Position numbers and translations under genes: made by a program. The notes below the pieces were generated by a model. It worked only from the letters and a program-made list of their open reading frames with translations, ran no database searches and had not been told where the DNA came from. DNA of 63,862 nt, counting the filler. It is 5 parts of 5 records of this genome, joined end to end, with 100 filler letters (N's around TTAATTAATTAA, not from the genome) between each part and the next. Parts side by side here need not be neighbours in the genome. Positions count along the whole stretch, not along the records: positions 29,136 to 47,401 come from SRR22947727_245; positions 47,502 to 52,518 come from SRR22947727_251; positions 52,619 to 63,862 come from SRR22947727_253; 2 more parts are not named here. One strand, 5' to 3'. This document shows, one piece after another, positions 46,314-57,105 of this stretch; position 1 is the stretch's first letter, and each line of letters begins with the position of its first letter.

Positions 46314-47195
46314 ATGTCATATAGAAGTGAAAAATTTTTATCATTACTAGGAAAAAATTTAGATGATCTTAATGAAAATGAATTAAAAGAAATTTCAAGA
46401 AATATTCTTGATGATGGTCTTCATGGAATATGCTTTAGTTTATACGAAGATGGTCAAGAGCCTGGAAATGATATAACTGATGAGCAAATCATTAGACGAC
46501 TTGAGATACTTAAGCCTCATACAAAATGGATAAGAACATTTTCTTCTTTAGAAGAGCATGGAAGAATTGCTAAGTTTGCAAAAGGCTTGGGTTTTAAGAC
46601 GCTGGTTGGGGCTTGGTTAAGTAGTGATCTTAATAAAAATGAAGAAGAGCTTTCAGGTTTAGTTGATCTTTCTAATGCAGGGTTTGTTGATGTTGCAGCA
46701 GTTGGGAACGAAGTCATTTATAGAAAAGAATTAGAGGAAGAGCAACTTATAGACTACATAGAAAACGTAAAGAATAAAGTTGATATTCCTGTTGGGTATG
46801 TTGATGCATATTATGAATTTAGAGATAGACCAAATATAACTGAAGCATGTGATATCATCCTCGCAAATTGCTACCCATTCTGGGAGGGATGTTCTGCTGA
46901 ATATGCACTGATATATATGAAAGATATGTTCCAAGAAGCATCAAAGGCGGCTAAAGGCAAAAAAGTCATAATTACAGAGACGGGATGGCCGAGCGAAGGG
47001 AGTAGTCTTGGTGGCGCAAACCCATCATATTTAAATTATTTAAAATATTTTATTAACTCCCAGTTATGGTCAAAAAATGAAGATATAGAAATGTTTTACT
47101 TTTCATCTTTTGATGAATCATGGAAAGTTGATGCTGAAGGAGATGTTGGTGCTTTTTGGGGCCTATGGGATAGGCTGGAAAAACTTAAATTCTAG
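46314..47195 (+). CDS. GH17 beta-1,3-glucanase, cytoplasmic (no signal peptide)
   Basis: WIRTF, AVGNE, YPFWEG, TETGWPS and FDESWK motifs. Confidence 0.9.
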   Translation: MSYRSEKFLSLLGKNLDDLNENELKEISRNILDDGLHGICFSLYEDGQEPGNDITDEQIIRRLEILKPHTKWIRTFSSLEEHGRIAKFAKGLGFKTLVGAWLSSDLNKNEEELSGLVDLSNAGFVDVAAVGNEVIYRKELEEEQLIDYIENVKNKVDIPVGYVDAYYEFRDRPNITEACDIILANCYPFWEGCSAEYALIYMKDMFQEASKAAKGKKVIITETGWPSEGSSLGGANPSYLNYLKYFINSQLWSKNEDIEMFYFSSFDESWKVDAEGDVGAFWGLWDRLEKLKF

Positions 47196-47257
47196 TTACA
47201 AAACTTATTTTATATTTATTTTCATTTAAAATATTTTGTGTATAATTCACAACTATT

Positions 47258-47401
47258 ATGGCAGATAAAAAACAAGTAAAAGTATATTTAATCCCAGAAG
47301 GTGAAACGCGTGATCATCACACATATCACTATACTGCTATTAAAACTAGAAAATTCACTCTTGAAAATAAAAAGATGAGAATGAAGAAATTCAATCCAGC
47401 T
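47258..47401 (+). CDS. rpmG: 50S ribosomal protein L33 (divergent, 3'-truncated)
   Basis: Short basic protein with ...YHYT..K...KMRMKKFNP; TATAAT at 47241-47246 upstream. Confidence 0.75.
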
Positions 47402-47501
47402 NNNNNNNNNNNNNNNNNNNNNNNNNNNNNNNNNNNNNNNNNNNNTTAATTAATTAANNNNNNNNNNNNNNNNNNNNNNNNNNNNNNNNNNNNNNNNNNN
47501 N
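47402..47501. other. artificial assembly linker
   Basis: N44-TTAATTAATTAA-N44. Confidence 0.99.
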
Positions 47502-47798
47502 GTTTCTAAATCTGGCTTTTTCAACACCCATCAAAAATACTAATTTATTTTCGTAAGTACTTTTTTCTAGACCATGAGCTGTTAGAGCAGCAGCAGCTTG
47601 ACCAAACGACTCAACAATTAAAACACCAGGCATTACAGGGTTATCAGGAAAATGACCGTTAACAAAAAAACTATCTTTTTTGACATTAACAATTGCAGTA
47701 GCAGAAGACAACTTTTTTATATCATAAAGTTCATCAATTAATAACATTGGGTCTCGATGTGGAAGCAATTTCTTTATTTCATCTTTATTTAATTTCAT
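47502..47798 (-). CDS. fabZ: 3-hydroxyacyl-ACP dehydratase (3'-truncated)
   Basis: LPHRDPMLLID and GHFP.NPVMPGVLIVE motifs. Confidence 0.95.
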
Positions 47799-47803
47799 TT
47801 TAT

Positions 47804-48310
47804 TTAATTAATCTTATCGTTAACAAGTGACAAAATTTCATTAGTGATACTTAAATTATCTTTACCTATTAAAATATTTTTTTTTTCTAAAATCAAAGAA
47901 ATAGAATTTTCAGTCATATAATCACTAAGAATTACACCAATTTTGTCAAAAAATATAGCCAATTCTTTTTTTCTCAAATCATTAAACTCAAGAGAAACTG
48001 TTTTTTTTTTATTATTAAATAAATCAATTTTTTTATTTAATTCTTTAACTTTAACTTCAAGCTCTTCTTCTGAAACAATATTTTTGATTTTCTTAATATT
48101 TTCATTTATTTTTTTTATTTCACTTTCCTCTTTTTTAAAAATTTTAATATTTGTATCATTTATTTTTTTTAGTTTTTCTTGAACTTTTTTTCCATAATTA
48201 GATTGATTAAAAACTAGTTGTAAATCTATAAAAACTACCTCGTTTTTACTGAAAGCAAAATTATTAAAAAAAAAAAATATTAAAAAAATTATTATATAAT
48301 TTTTCATCAA
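47804..48310 (-). CDS. skp: periplasmic chaperone Skp/OmpH
   Basis: Signal peptide, VFID...S..GK, coiled coil, IT.EIL; adjacent to bamA. Confidence 0.85.
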   Translation of the reverse strand: MMKNYIIIFLIFFFFNNFAFSKNEVVFIDLQLVFNQSNYGKKVQEKLKKINDTNIKIFKKEESEIKKINENIKKIKNIVSEEELEVKVKELNKKIDLFNNKKKTVSLEFNDLRKKELAIFFDKIGVILSDYMTENSISLILEKKNILIGKDNLSITNEILSLVNDKIN

Positions 48311-48313
48311 ATT

Positions 48314-50560
48314 TTAAAATGTAGTACCCAAGTTAAATCTAAATGTTTCAGTCACATCAGTATCTTTTTTTGTCAATGGAGATGATAGTGAGAAATTCAA
48401 AGGACCAATTGCTGTAAACCAATCAAGACCGATACCTACAGCACTTCTAATCTTACTAGAATCTCCTAATGTAGCGTCGTAATCTACGCCCCAAATATTT
48501 GCAAAATCCATAAAAATTAAAAAATCTGTATTTTGTGAGTTTTCTAAAATTTGAGGTAGTGTTGTTGATAAATTTATTGTGGAAACATAATTTCCACCGA
48601 CAAAGTCAGTGCCATCTTTTGGACCAACTCTTCCCCTTTCAAAGCCTCTTAATCTTGATTGAGGAACTTGTAACCTCTCTGATAATTTTATATTTTTTCC
48701 ATTTATGGAACTTGAAGCGCTCCCATAAAATGAAAATCTTGTAACATTGTTGCTATAGAGCTCCGTATAATAATCGTAATTAAAAGAATTATTTAATGTA
48801 GACGTTTCGCTAATTAACGGTAAATCTATGATATATAAACTTCTAAAACCTTTGCTTGTTTGAAATTTTTGATTTCGTTTATCATAGTCAAAATTTAATT
48901 TTAAAAAAGAATCCCAGTAATCTCCATCCTGTGACTTTTGACTTTTTGATGCTGATGAATTGGTTTCGATATTTTCATAGTAAGAAGATGTACCAACACC
49001 TAGATTAAAATCATCTAAGTATTCAAAGTCAGTCCCTATTATAAAACCAGATTTATTGGTTTTATAACCTGATGTTTTTAAATTATCAGTTTCAGATGAT
49101 TCAATTCTGTAATTGATAGATTTGTCAGTATTTAAAAAATTTGGATTATACACAGAAAAAATACCTTTTATTGCATTTTCATCGATTGTTAAGTTGGTAT
49201 TTAAAGTCACCCCTTTTCCGAGGTAATTATTTTCTCTAACACCAAATGTAACGGTTCCACCCGATGTTCCAACACCAGCACCAGCCATGATTTCACCAGT
49301 TGGTTTTTCTTCAACTCTAATATTTATTGTTTTTAAATTATCTTCCTCGTCAATTACATCTGACTTAACACTTCTAAAAAAATTCAAATTTTTTAAATTA
49401 TTAATTGACTTGTTTTGCAAGATTAAATTATATGGATCTCCTTCATCTATTTCTAGTTGATTTCGTATTACATTTTCTTGAGTAACATTGTTACCATAAA
49501 TATTAATTCTATTTACATAAAATGTTTCAGTTTCTTCAATTTCAAAAATTAAATTAATCTTATCAGCAACCATGTCTTCTATAACTGTAGCATTTATAGA
49601 TTTGTATTCTTCACTTACAGTTATTTTATCAATTTCATCTAAAATCAATTTTATTGTATCTACAGAATATTTATCTCCTTTAATTTTTGAAAATAGATTA
49701 TTTAATTGAACAAAGTTCTTTTCATCAAAATCTTTTGGTAAAACCAAAGACAAATTATTAAAAAATATTTTTTTATTAGCATTTATATTAAATATTAATT
49801 CAAATTCATTATCATTTATAAGTTTTGCAAAAGACGATTTAATTTCCACATTATAGTATCCATTATTCAAATAAAAATTTTTAAGTAATCTATTGTCAAA
49901 TTCTATTAAATTTTCATTAAGATATTTTTTTCCAGAAAGGATCTTCCAAAATTTATATTCTTCACTTATAATTAAACGTTTTAATTTAGAGTCTTTAAAT
50001 ACTTTGTCACCAATAAATTTTATCTTGGAAATTTTAGCTTTATTACCTAATTCAATTTCATAAGTTAAGTCAATTTTGTTATCTAATTTGTCTTCAATGG
50101 TAATTTCTGTTTTTGAAAAATAATATCCTTTATCTTTAAGAATTTTCTCAATAGCAATTTTATCTTGTTCTAAAAGAAATTCATTAAAAGAAGATCTGTT
50201 TTTTAATTTTAAAGCATTATATAGGGGATCCTTAATTTTATCTGCCTTAATTCCTTTGATATTAACATTTTCAATAATAGGTTGTTCTTTAACAAAAACT
50301 GAAAAAACATTATTTTTAAAAGTAACAGAAACATCACTAAAAAAATTAGTTTCATATAAATTTTTTGTTATTGAATTAACTTGATTCTGATCAATATCGT
50401 CATTTATAGATACTGAAGCAAACATTAGAATAGTCTCATTCGAAACACGATCATTACCAGAAATTTTAATATCTTTAATTATTTCCGCTAGACTAATCGT
50501 GGTAGATAGTAAATAAAAACAAATAAAGATTAATATTTTTTTAAGAAAAAATTTATACAT
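48314..50560 (-). CDS. bamA: outer membrane protein assembly factor
   Basis: POTRA repeats (GNDRV, GNNVT), LRGF motif and C-terminal FNLGTTF. Confidence 0.95.
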   Translation of the reverse strand: MYKFFLKKILIFICFYLLSTTISLAEIIKDIKISGNDRVSNETILMFASVSINDDIDQNQVNSITKNLYETNFFSDVSVTFKNNVFSVFVKEQPIIENVNIKGIKADKIKDPLYNALKLKNRSSFNEFLLEQDKIAIEKILKDKGYYFSKTEITIEDKLDNKIDLTYEIELGNKAKISKIKFIGDKVFKDSKLKRLIISEEYKFWKILSGKKYLNENLIEFDNRLLKNFYLNNGYYNVEIKSSFAKLINDNEFELIFNINANKKIFFNNLSLVLPKDFDEKNFVQLNNLFSKIKGDKYSVDTIKLILDEIDKITVSEEYKSINATVIEDMVADKINLIFEIEETETFYVNRINIYGNNVTQENVIRNQLEIDEGDPYNLILQNKSINNLKNLNFFRSVKSDVIDEEDNLKTINIRVEEKPTGEIMAGAGVGTSGGTVTFGVRENNYLGKGVTLNTNLTIDENAIKGIFSVYNPNFLNTDKSINYRIESSETDNLKTSGYKTNKSGFIIGTDFEYLDDFNLGVGTSSYYENIETNSSASKSQKSQDGDYWDSFLKLNFDYDKRNQKFQTSKGFRSLYIIDLPLISETSTLNNSFNYDYYTELYSNNVTRFSFYGSASSSINGKNIKLSERLQVPQSRLRGFERGRVGPKDGTDFVGGNYVSTINLSTTLPQILENSQNTDFLIFMDFANIWGVDYDATLGDSSKIRSAVGIGLDWFTAIGPLNFSLSSPLTKKDTDVTETFRFNLGTTF

Positions 50561-50570
50561 ATTTAATCAA

Positions 50571-51728
50571 TTAAAAAAAATTAATATTAGATTTAACATA
50601 TTTATTAATGTCAATGATGTCTTTAATTTTATCAGCATCTTTCATTTTAAGTTTACTAATTCTTTTTAATTTTAGAATATTACGCATCTTTCTATTAATA
50701 TCAGTAAATTTTATCTTTTTCCTTAAAAATAAGTCAACTAATTCATCGTTTATTGATATTAATGCAGTTTCAAATAAGGATGTTTTTTGTGGTAATTGAT
50801 TTAAAAATTTTAATGTAGGAAATCTTTTTGTGTCAGGATTTTGAAATTCTAAATTATTAAGTGAGTCAAAATTTATCTCTTTGGATTGAATAAATTTATT
50901 CTTATTATTATGGTATAAAGAGTTGAAAATTGGAATTTTCATATCTGTATCGTGAATGATAATTTTTGTTAAACCATTTTTGAATTTTATTATTGCATGA
51001 ACATAAGAAGCAGGATGAATTATAATTGATAATTTTTTATAAGGTATATCAAATATTTTCTTTGCTTCAATAATTTCAAAAACTTTGTTCATTAGAGTTG
51101 CTGAGTCAATTGAAATTTTATTTCCCATATTCCAATTGGGATGGTTTAGAGCTGATTTAACTTTAATAGTATTTAATTTACTAATTGGTGTTTTTAAAAA
51201 AGGGCCACCTGATGCTGTAAGATAAATTTTTTCAATAAAGTTTTTAGGAATTTGATTAATTGCATACCAAATTGAAAAATGTTCTGAATCAACTGGTATA
51301 AAATTTGTTTTATTTCTTTTTAATGATTTTGAAATAATATTCCAACCACAAATGATCGATTCTTTATTTGCGATAGCAATTGTTTTTGAATATTTAATCA
51401 TTTGTAAAGTTGGATACAACCCTTCCAAACCAGACATTGAACTCATGCAATAAGAAATCTTATTTTTAAATATTTTATTTAAATCATTAAAATTGTTATA
51501 AATATTTATTTTGCTAATTTTTTTTTTTAATAAAATTTGATAACTTTTTTTATCTGTAATAATTAGATTTTTAACTTTGAAAAATCTAGCTTGTTTCAAT
51601 ATTTCTTTATAATTTTTTTTAGCTACTAATAAAACGATATTAAAATTTTTTTTATCCTTTTTTAGAATATTGATTAAGTTTTTTCCTATTGAACCTGTTG
51701 AGCCAAGAATTGCAATATTTTGTCTCAT
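50571..51728 (-). CDS. dxr: 1-deoxy-D-xylulose-5-phosphate reductoisomerase
   Basis: LGSTGSIG, ANKES, PVDSEH, TASGGPF and HPNWNMGNKISIDSAT motifs. Confidence 0.96.
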   Translation of the reverse strand: MRQNIAILGSTGSIGKNLINILKKDKKNFNIVLLVAKKNYKEILKQARFFKVKNLIITDKKSYQILLKKKISKINIYNNFNDLNKIFKNKISYCMSSMSGLEGLYPTLQMIKYSKTIAIANKESIICGWNIISKSLKRNKTNFIPVDSEHFSIWYAINQIPKNFIEKIYLTASGGPFLKTPISKLNTIKVKSALNHPNWNMGNKISIDSATLMNKVFEIIEAKKIFDIPYKKLSIIIHPASYVHAIIKFKNGLTKIIIHDTDMKIPIFNSLYHNNKNKFIQSKEINFDSLNNLEFQNPDTKRFPTLKFLNQLPQKTSLFETALISINDELVDLFLRKKIKFTDINRKMRNILKLKRISKLKMKDADKIKDIIDINKYVKSNINFF

Positions 51729-52375
51729 TAATTTATAATTATTGGTAATATAATTAATGAAAAAGGATATGAAAATATCATACCATCAATTCTATCTAAT
51801 ATACCACCATGACCTGGTATGATGGTTCCTGTATCTTTTATGCTAGCTACTCTTTTAAAATATGAAATAGTTAAATCCCCTATCTGACTTATAGTTGAAA
51901 TTAGAATTACAAATAAAAATAGATTAAATGATAAAATCTCTTCAATATTAAATTTATGTTGAAATTTATCTATAAAAATTATGGATAAAATTATTGAAAG
52001 CAGATAACTTCCTAAAACACCAGAATATGTTTTATTTGGGCTTATTTTTGTTAATTTAGGTCCTTTTAAAATATTGCCAAAAATAAAACCTCCAATATCA
52101 GTTGATATACAAATCAATGTTATTAATAAAAAAATAAAAAGTCCATTGTCTAAATTTCTTAAAATAAAAATTGTTAAAAATGAAATGATTAAAAATAAAA
52201 TACCTGATAATTTTTGGTAAGCGTTTACACTCATTTTTTGCCATTCATAAATTGAAATCATTAAACAACAAATTAATAAAACGTTAAATAAATAAGAACC
52301 TTTTATAATGAAAAGAGTTAAAATTGGTAATAAAATTATCGAACTTAATAATCTTTTGTTAAAATTTGACTTCAT
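51728..52375 (-). CDS. cdsA: phosphatidate cytidylyltransferase
   Basis: ISPNKT, GDL.IS.FKR and PGHGGILDRIDG motifs. Confidence 0.95.
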   Translation of the reverse strand: MKSNFNKRLLSSIILLPILTLFIIKGSYLFNVLLICCLMISIYEWQKMSVNAYQKLSGILFLIISFLTIFILRNLDNGLFIFLLITLICISTDIGGFIFGNILKGPKLTKISPNKTYSGVLGSYLLSIILSIIFIDKFQHKFNIEEILSFNLFLFVILISTISQIGDLTISYFKRVASIKDTGTIIPGHGGILDRIDGMIFSYPFSLIILPIIIN

Positions 52376-52518
52376 TAGATTGTACCAAAATTTCTTTTTA
52401 GCTTTTTATATTTATTAATTATTCTAAAAAAATCTTTTTCATTAAAATCAGGCCACAACTTTTTTTCAAAAAAAATTTCTGAATACGATAATTGCCATAA
52501 TAAAAAATTACTTAATCT
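52375..52518 (-). CDS. uppS: undecaprenyl diphosphate synthase, C-terminal fragment (absent from the ORF track)
   Basis: Own translation RLSNFLLWQLSYSEIFFEKKLWPDF...RNFGTI*. Confidence 0.92.
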   Translation of the reverse strand, partial: RLSNFLLWQLSYSEIFFEKKLWPDFNEKDFFRIINKYKKLKRNFGTI

Positions 52519-52618
52519 NNNNNNNNNNNNNNNNNNNNNNNNNNNNNNNNNNNNNNNNNNNNTTAATTAATTAANNNNNNNNNNNNNNNNNNNNNNNNNN
52601 NNNNNNNNNNNNNNNNNN
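52519..52618. other. artificial assembly linker
   Basis: N44-TTAATTAATTAA-N44. Confidence 0.99.
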
Positions 52619-54780
52619 AGAGAATCTTTTCCAGTAGGAATATTTATTCCTAATCCAATTGCAAAATCTGAGCAAGATTCAACAGCTTCATATAATCTAG
52701 CATCTTCACCAGGATTATTACATGGCCACATCCAGTTTGCAGATAATGTAACAGATTCTAAAGCTTTTTCAAGCGGAGCCCATATAATGTTAGTTAGTGC
52801 TTTCCCAATCGCTAACCTAGACCCAGCTCTTGGATTAATTAATGCTGGTAATGGTGCGTGTCCAATTGAAGTTGCTACACCGTTTTTTCCGCAATAGTCC
52901 AATGCCATAACTCCACAATTATTTAGTGGAAGTTGTAAAGATCCCACACATTGCTGTTTGGCAACTTTCCCGGTAACACACCTGTCAACTTTGTTTGTTA
53001 ACCAGTCTTTACATGCAACTGATTCTAGACTTAATACATTTTGCAAGTAATTTTCAAAAAAATCTACGCTATACGTCTTATCAGAAAATTTGGTGGTTAT
53101 AGTTTTATCAGTCATTATAGTTTTTGGTGAACTTCCAAAAAAGTCTGATAATGACAAGTTTATTGGGGATGAGTTGTTTTTTTTAGACTTAATTTGAAAT
53201 TTTTCGTCGTTTGTAATTTTACCAACCTTATAACATGGAGCTTTTTCTCTGTCAGCTATTGTTTTAAGTTTTTCATACTTATTTTCTGGTATAATTAATC
53301 CCATTCTTTCCTGTGATTCGTTTCCAATAATTTCTTTTGCAGAAAGTGTTTTGTCGCCAACTGGAAGTTGATCTAAATTGATAATACCGCCAGTTTCTTC
53401 AACAAGTTCTGAAAGACAATTCAAATGTCCTCCAGCTCCATGATCATGAATTGAAACTATAGAGTTTTCTTCAGATTCTACAAAAGCTCTAATAGCATTA
53501 GCTACTCTTTTTTGCATTTCAGGATTAGATCTTTGTACTGCATTAAGCTCTATTCCAGAGTTGTACTTTCCGGTTTCTGTTGATGAAACAGCTGCTCCGC
53601 CCATACCAATCCTATAATTATCTCCACCTAAAACAACAATAACATTATTTTCACTAGGCTTATCTTTTAAGCTCTGATTTTCTTTAGCAAAACCAATTCC
53701 TCCCGCTAGCATTATGACCTTATCAAAGCCAAGCGTTTTATTGTTCTCAATGTGTTCGAAAGTTAATACTGATCCAGAAATTAAGGGTTGACCAAATTTA
53801 TTTCCAAAGTCTGAAGCTCCATTAGAAGCTTTTATTAAAATATCAATTGGAGTTTGGTATAACCAAGGTCTTTCTTCTTTTATCCATTTTCTTTTTTCGT
53901 CATATCTTGGGTATGATGTCATGTAAACAGCAGTACCTGCAAGAGGAAGTGATCCCTTACCACCTGCAAGTCTATCTCTAATTTCTCCACCAGATCCAGT
54001 AGCAGCTCCGTTAAACGGTTCTACAGTAGTTGGAAAATTATGTGTTTCAGCTTTTAGTGAAACAACTGAACTGAATTTAGATGTTTGAAAATAAGAAGGT
54101 TTGTCTCCATGTTTAGGTGCAAATTGCTCGACTACAGGTCCTTTTACAAAAGCTACATTGTCTTTGTATGCAGAAACAATTTCATTAGGGTTTTTCTTAG
54201 ATGTATTTTTTATGAGTTTAAATAACGAGCTTTCTTTTTCAATACCATCAATTATAAATTTTCCATTAAAAATTTTATGTCGACAATGTTCAGAATTTAC
54301 CTGTGAAAATCCAAAAACTTCACTATCGGTTAGTTTTCTTCCTAATTTATTTGATAATTCATTTAAATAATTTACTTCTTCATTATTTAACGCAAGACCT
54401 TCTTTAAGATTATAATCTGAAATGTTTTCGATTTCAATAATTGGCTTTGGACTTGCAGAAATTTTGAATAAATTTTGGTCAAGTATTGGATAATTTTGAG
54501 AAAGCATTGGGTCAAAGTCATCACTAGATTTTTTAGGAACAAATTTTTCAATTCTTAAAATTCCTGTTATTGCCATATTTTCTGAAATTTCCACTGCATT
54601 GGTACTCCATGGAGAAATCATGGTTTTTTTTGGACCTATAAAGTTTGAATCAATAGAAGCTTGATCAATATGTTTTGCTACAAATAACCATTCTAATTTT
54701 TTTAAATCAATTTCATTTAATTTAGTTGATGAATCTACGGCGAAAATTGTTTCAAATTTATCTTGAAAATAGAGAATCAT
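52619..54780 (-). CDS. purL: phosphoribosylformylglycinamidine synthase (large type, 3'-truncated)
   Basis: NSEHCRHKIF, KAETHNFPT, GEIRD, HDHGAGG and ESQERM motifs. Confidence 0.96.
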
Positions 54781-54806
54781 TGAAGAACTTATTTAAATTA
54801 TAAGCT

Positions 54807-54814
54807 CAAAAATA
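54807..54814 (-). promoter_or_regulatory. Bacteroidetes sigma-A -7 element upstream of purL
   Basis: TATTTTTG matches TAnnTTTG, 26 nt before the ATG. Confidence 0.55.
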
Positions 54815-54886
54815 TAAGAAATAAAGCAGAAAACTTCTCTTAAATTTAAATTTTAAATAACGATTTTGAATTACTTATTAACAACA

Positions 54887-56098
54887 TTATTTATAGCTTA
54901 ATCTAGCCATGTAAAACCCATCGAAACCAGTTTGATTTGGACTTATTTTTTTTTCATCTTCTTTCTTAAAAGCTTTGCCAATATCAGATTTTAAAAATTC
55001 ATCAATTTGTTGTTCGTTTTCAGACGGAAGAATCGAGCAGGTTGCATAAACCAGTTTTCCATCTTTTTTAATCATTGGAGCATATTTTTTTAGAATTTCT
55101 TGTTGAGTGGATCTAATTTTTTCTAAAAAATCTAAGGAAAGATTCCATTTAGAACCTGGATTTCTTTTTAATACACCTAAGCCTGAACATGGAGAATCAA
55201 TTAATAACCTATCTATTTTACCGTACAATCTTTTGATAGGTTTATTGTTTTCGATTGCCCTAGTTTCAATATTAAATGCACTATTTCTTTTTGCTCTTCT
55301 TTTAAGTTCATGTAATTTATTTTTATAAATATCCATGGCAATTATTTGACCTTTATTTCTAGATAGAGCTGATAAATGAAGAGTTTTACCACCAGCTCCG
55401 GCACATACGTCACATATTTTCATACCATCCTCTATTTGAAGAAATGGTGCCACTAATTGTGATGAGGCATCTTGGATTTCAAACAACCCGTTTTTAAAAG
55501 CTTCCGTTAAAAACAAATTTTTTCTTATGATTAACTTAAGAGCATCTGGAAATCCCTTTATTTTTTCAGTTTGAATATCTTCATCATTAAGAATTGCTTG
55601 AAGTTTGTCAATTGTAGTATTTAAAGTGTTAGTCCTAATTATAACAGATGCTTTCTGATTCAAAGCATTTAATTCCTTTTCCCAATTTTTTTCACCAAGC
55701 TCATCAAGTCCGATTTTGTCTAACCAGTCAGGTACTGACTCTCTAAATTTTCTTATTTTAATCAGTTCATCAAACTTGCCTTTTATTCTTCTGTTGGGCG
55801 TTTCATTAAGTTCCGGCCAATTTGGAAGTTGAATTCCTTTTAACACGGCCCATACTGCAAATATTTTCCATAGTTCTTTATACTTAAAAGGACTCTTTGC
55901 CCCAGCAATTTCTGAGTATAATCTTTTCCATCTAATTATCTCGTAGCTGGTTTCAGCTATAAACCCTCTATCTCTACTTCCCCATCTTTTGTCATATTTA
56001 AGAACTTTTTCAATAGTTTTATCAGCATATAATTTCTGATTAAAGACACCATCAAGTACTTTAATAACAGCAACAACTAAATTTTTGTGAAGACGCAT
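54887..56098 (-). CDS. RsmB/NOP-family rRNA m5C methyltransferase
   Basis: QDASSQ, DVCAGAGGKT, DSPCSG and YATCS motifs. Confidence 0.92.
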   Translation of the reverse strand: MRLHKNLVVAVIKVLDGVFNQKLYADKTIEKVLKYDKRWGSRDRGFIAETSYEIIRWKRLYSEIAGAKSPFKYKELWKIFAVWAVLKGIQLPNWPELNETPNRRIKGKFDELIKIRKFRESVPDWLDKIGLDELGEKNWEKELNALNQKASVIIRTNTLNTTIDKLQAILNDEDIQTEKIKGFPDALKLIIRKNLFLTEAFKNGLFEIQDASSQLVAPFLQIEDGMKICDVCAGAGGKTLHLSALSRNKGQIIAMDIYKNKLHELKRRAKRNSAFNIETRAIENNKPIKRLYGKIDRLLIDSPCSGLGVLKRNPGSKWNLSLDFLEKIRSTQQEILKKYAPMIKKDGKLVYATCSILPSENEQQIDEFLKSDIGKAFKKEDEKKISPNQTGFDGFYMARLSYK

Positions 56099-56112
56099 TT
56101 TACAGTTTTGCG

Positions 56113-56120
56113 CAAATATA
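56113..56120 (-). promoter_or_regulatory. Bacteroidetes sigma-A -7 element
   Basis: TATATTTG, 14 nt upstream of the RsmB-family ATG. Confidence 0.6.
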
Positions 56121-56166
56121 GGTTTTAAACTTAATCTTTCTAATCTGAGTAATAATTAGATAGGAT

Positions 56167-56616
56167 TTATTTTTTATTTTTGGATCTAAGTTTTTTCATC
56201 ATCTCTTTCGTAAAATCATCTTCAATTCTAAATAGCGATACAGTTTTTTTTAAGGTCATGAATTCCTTTAAATCAACTATTAATTTAGCTCTTAAGTCGA
56301 TTTTCTTTTTCTCATAGTCTAAAAAATCGTCAATAAATTGTTTGTATTCTGTTTCTGAAAGATTACTACTATCCAAATTCATTTTCCTGTACTTGAGTCT
56401 TTTGGCTCTGTAAACTATTCTTAAGTTATCTTGATAGTCATTGTAAGCAATCCAAAACTTAGATTCATTTTCTGGGTTAAGATTCAACTTATCAGTTAGA
56501 TATATTTTTTTATAAGCGTCTATTTTTTCAGGACTTACTTTTGTTTTCTGCGCACTTAACAAATTAGTTAAAAAAAGTAGTAAAAAAAGAATTTTTAAAT
56601 TTTTCATATTATTCAT
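56167..56616 (-). CDS. exported helical protein (ECF-associated sensor / Spy-like)
   Basis: Signal peptide; LTDKLNL.PE...FW.AY motif; third gene of the ECF operon. Confidence 0.7.
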   Translation of the reverse strand: MNNMKNLKILFLLLFLTNLLSAQKTKVSPEKIDAYKKIYLTDKLNLNPENESKFWIAYNDYQDNLRIVYRAKRLKYRKMNLDSSNLSETEYKQFIDDFLDYEKKKIDLRAKLIVDLKEFMTLKKTVSLFRIEDDFTKEMMKKLRSKNKK

Positions 56617-57070
56617 TATTTAAATTTTGATCATCTGAAAAACTTGTTTCCAAGTAGTATTCAAAATCATTGTCATTTAATTGATTGAAATTGATTTCAA
56701 ATTCGTTAACATCAAAAAGTTCTATATAGTCATAACTAGAGTAGCCAACTAGTTCATAGTTCATGTAATCTAATATTTCAGCCTCTTTAAAAGAATTTGA
56801 ATCACTAAAAAATCCGTTAATAAATAACCCTAGAACAAGAACTGCAGCTATTCCGCTTAAAACAAGTTCTCTGTATTTGAAATTAATTATTTTACTCAAA
56901 TAATTTGTGTTATTAATTAAATCAATATTAATTGTTTCAAAATAATTTTGAGGAACTTTAAATCCTTTTCTTTCAATTTTTTTGATGTTATCAATAGTAA
57001 TGTCCTCAAAATATCCTTTAGGTGTTTTGAATCGGTTAGTATTTAAATTTATATTGTTTTTTGATACCAT
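56609..57070 (-). CDS. putative anti-sigma factor
   Basis: Repeated FK.P.GYF/FKVP.NYF motif, one TM helix, acidic C-terminus; follows the ECF sigma. Confidence 0.65.
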   Translation of the reverse strand: MVSKNNINLNTNRFKTPKGYFEDITIDNIKKIERKGFKVPQNYFETINIDLINNTNYLSKIINFKYRELVLSGIAAVLVLGLFINGFFSDSNSFKEAEILDYMNYELVGYSSYDYIELFDVNEFEINFNQLNDNDFEYYLETSFSDDQNLNNE

Positions 57071-57081
57071 TATATTTATTT

Positions 57082-57105
57082 GACAACCAAACTCTTAAAA
57101 GGTTT
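57082..57105 (-). promoter_or_regulatory. putative ECF-sigma promoter (copy 2)
   Basis: AAAC-N15-TTGTC, same spacing as copy 1. Confidence 0.55.

Noticed and set aside
11326-52618. Four identical TTAATTAATTAA palindromes within N runs
   Set aside because: Fixed N44-12-N44 format with six-frame stops marks an assembly spacer. Gene adjacency across these linkers is meaningless, so no cross-contig system was proposed.
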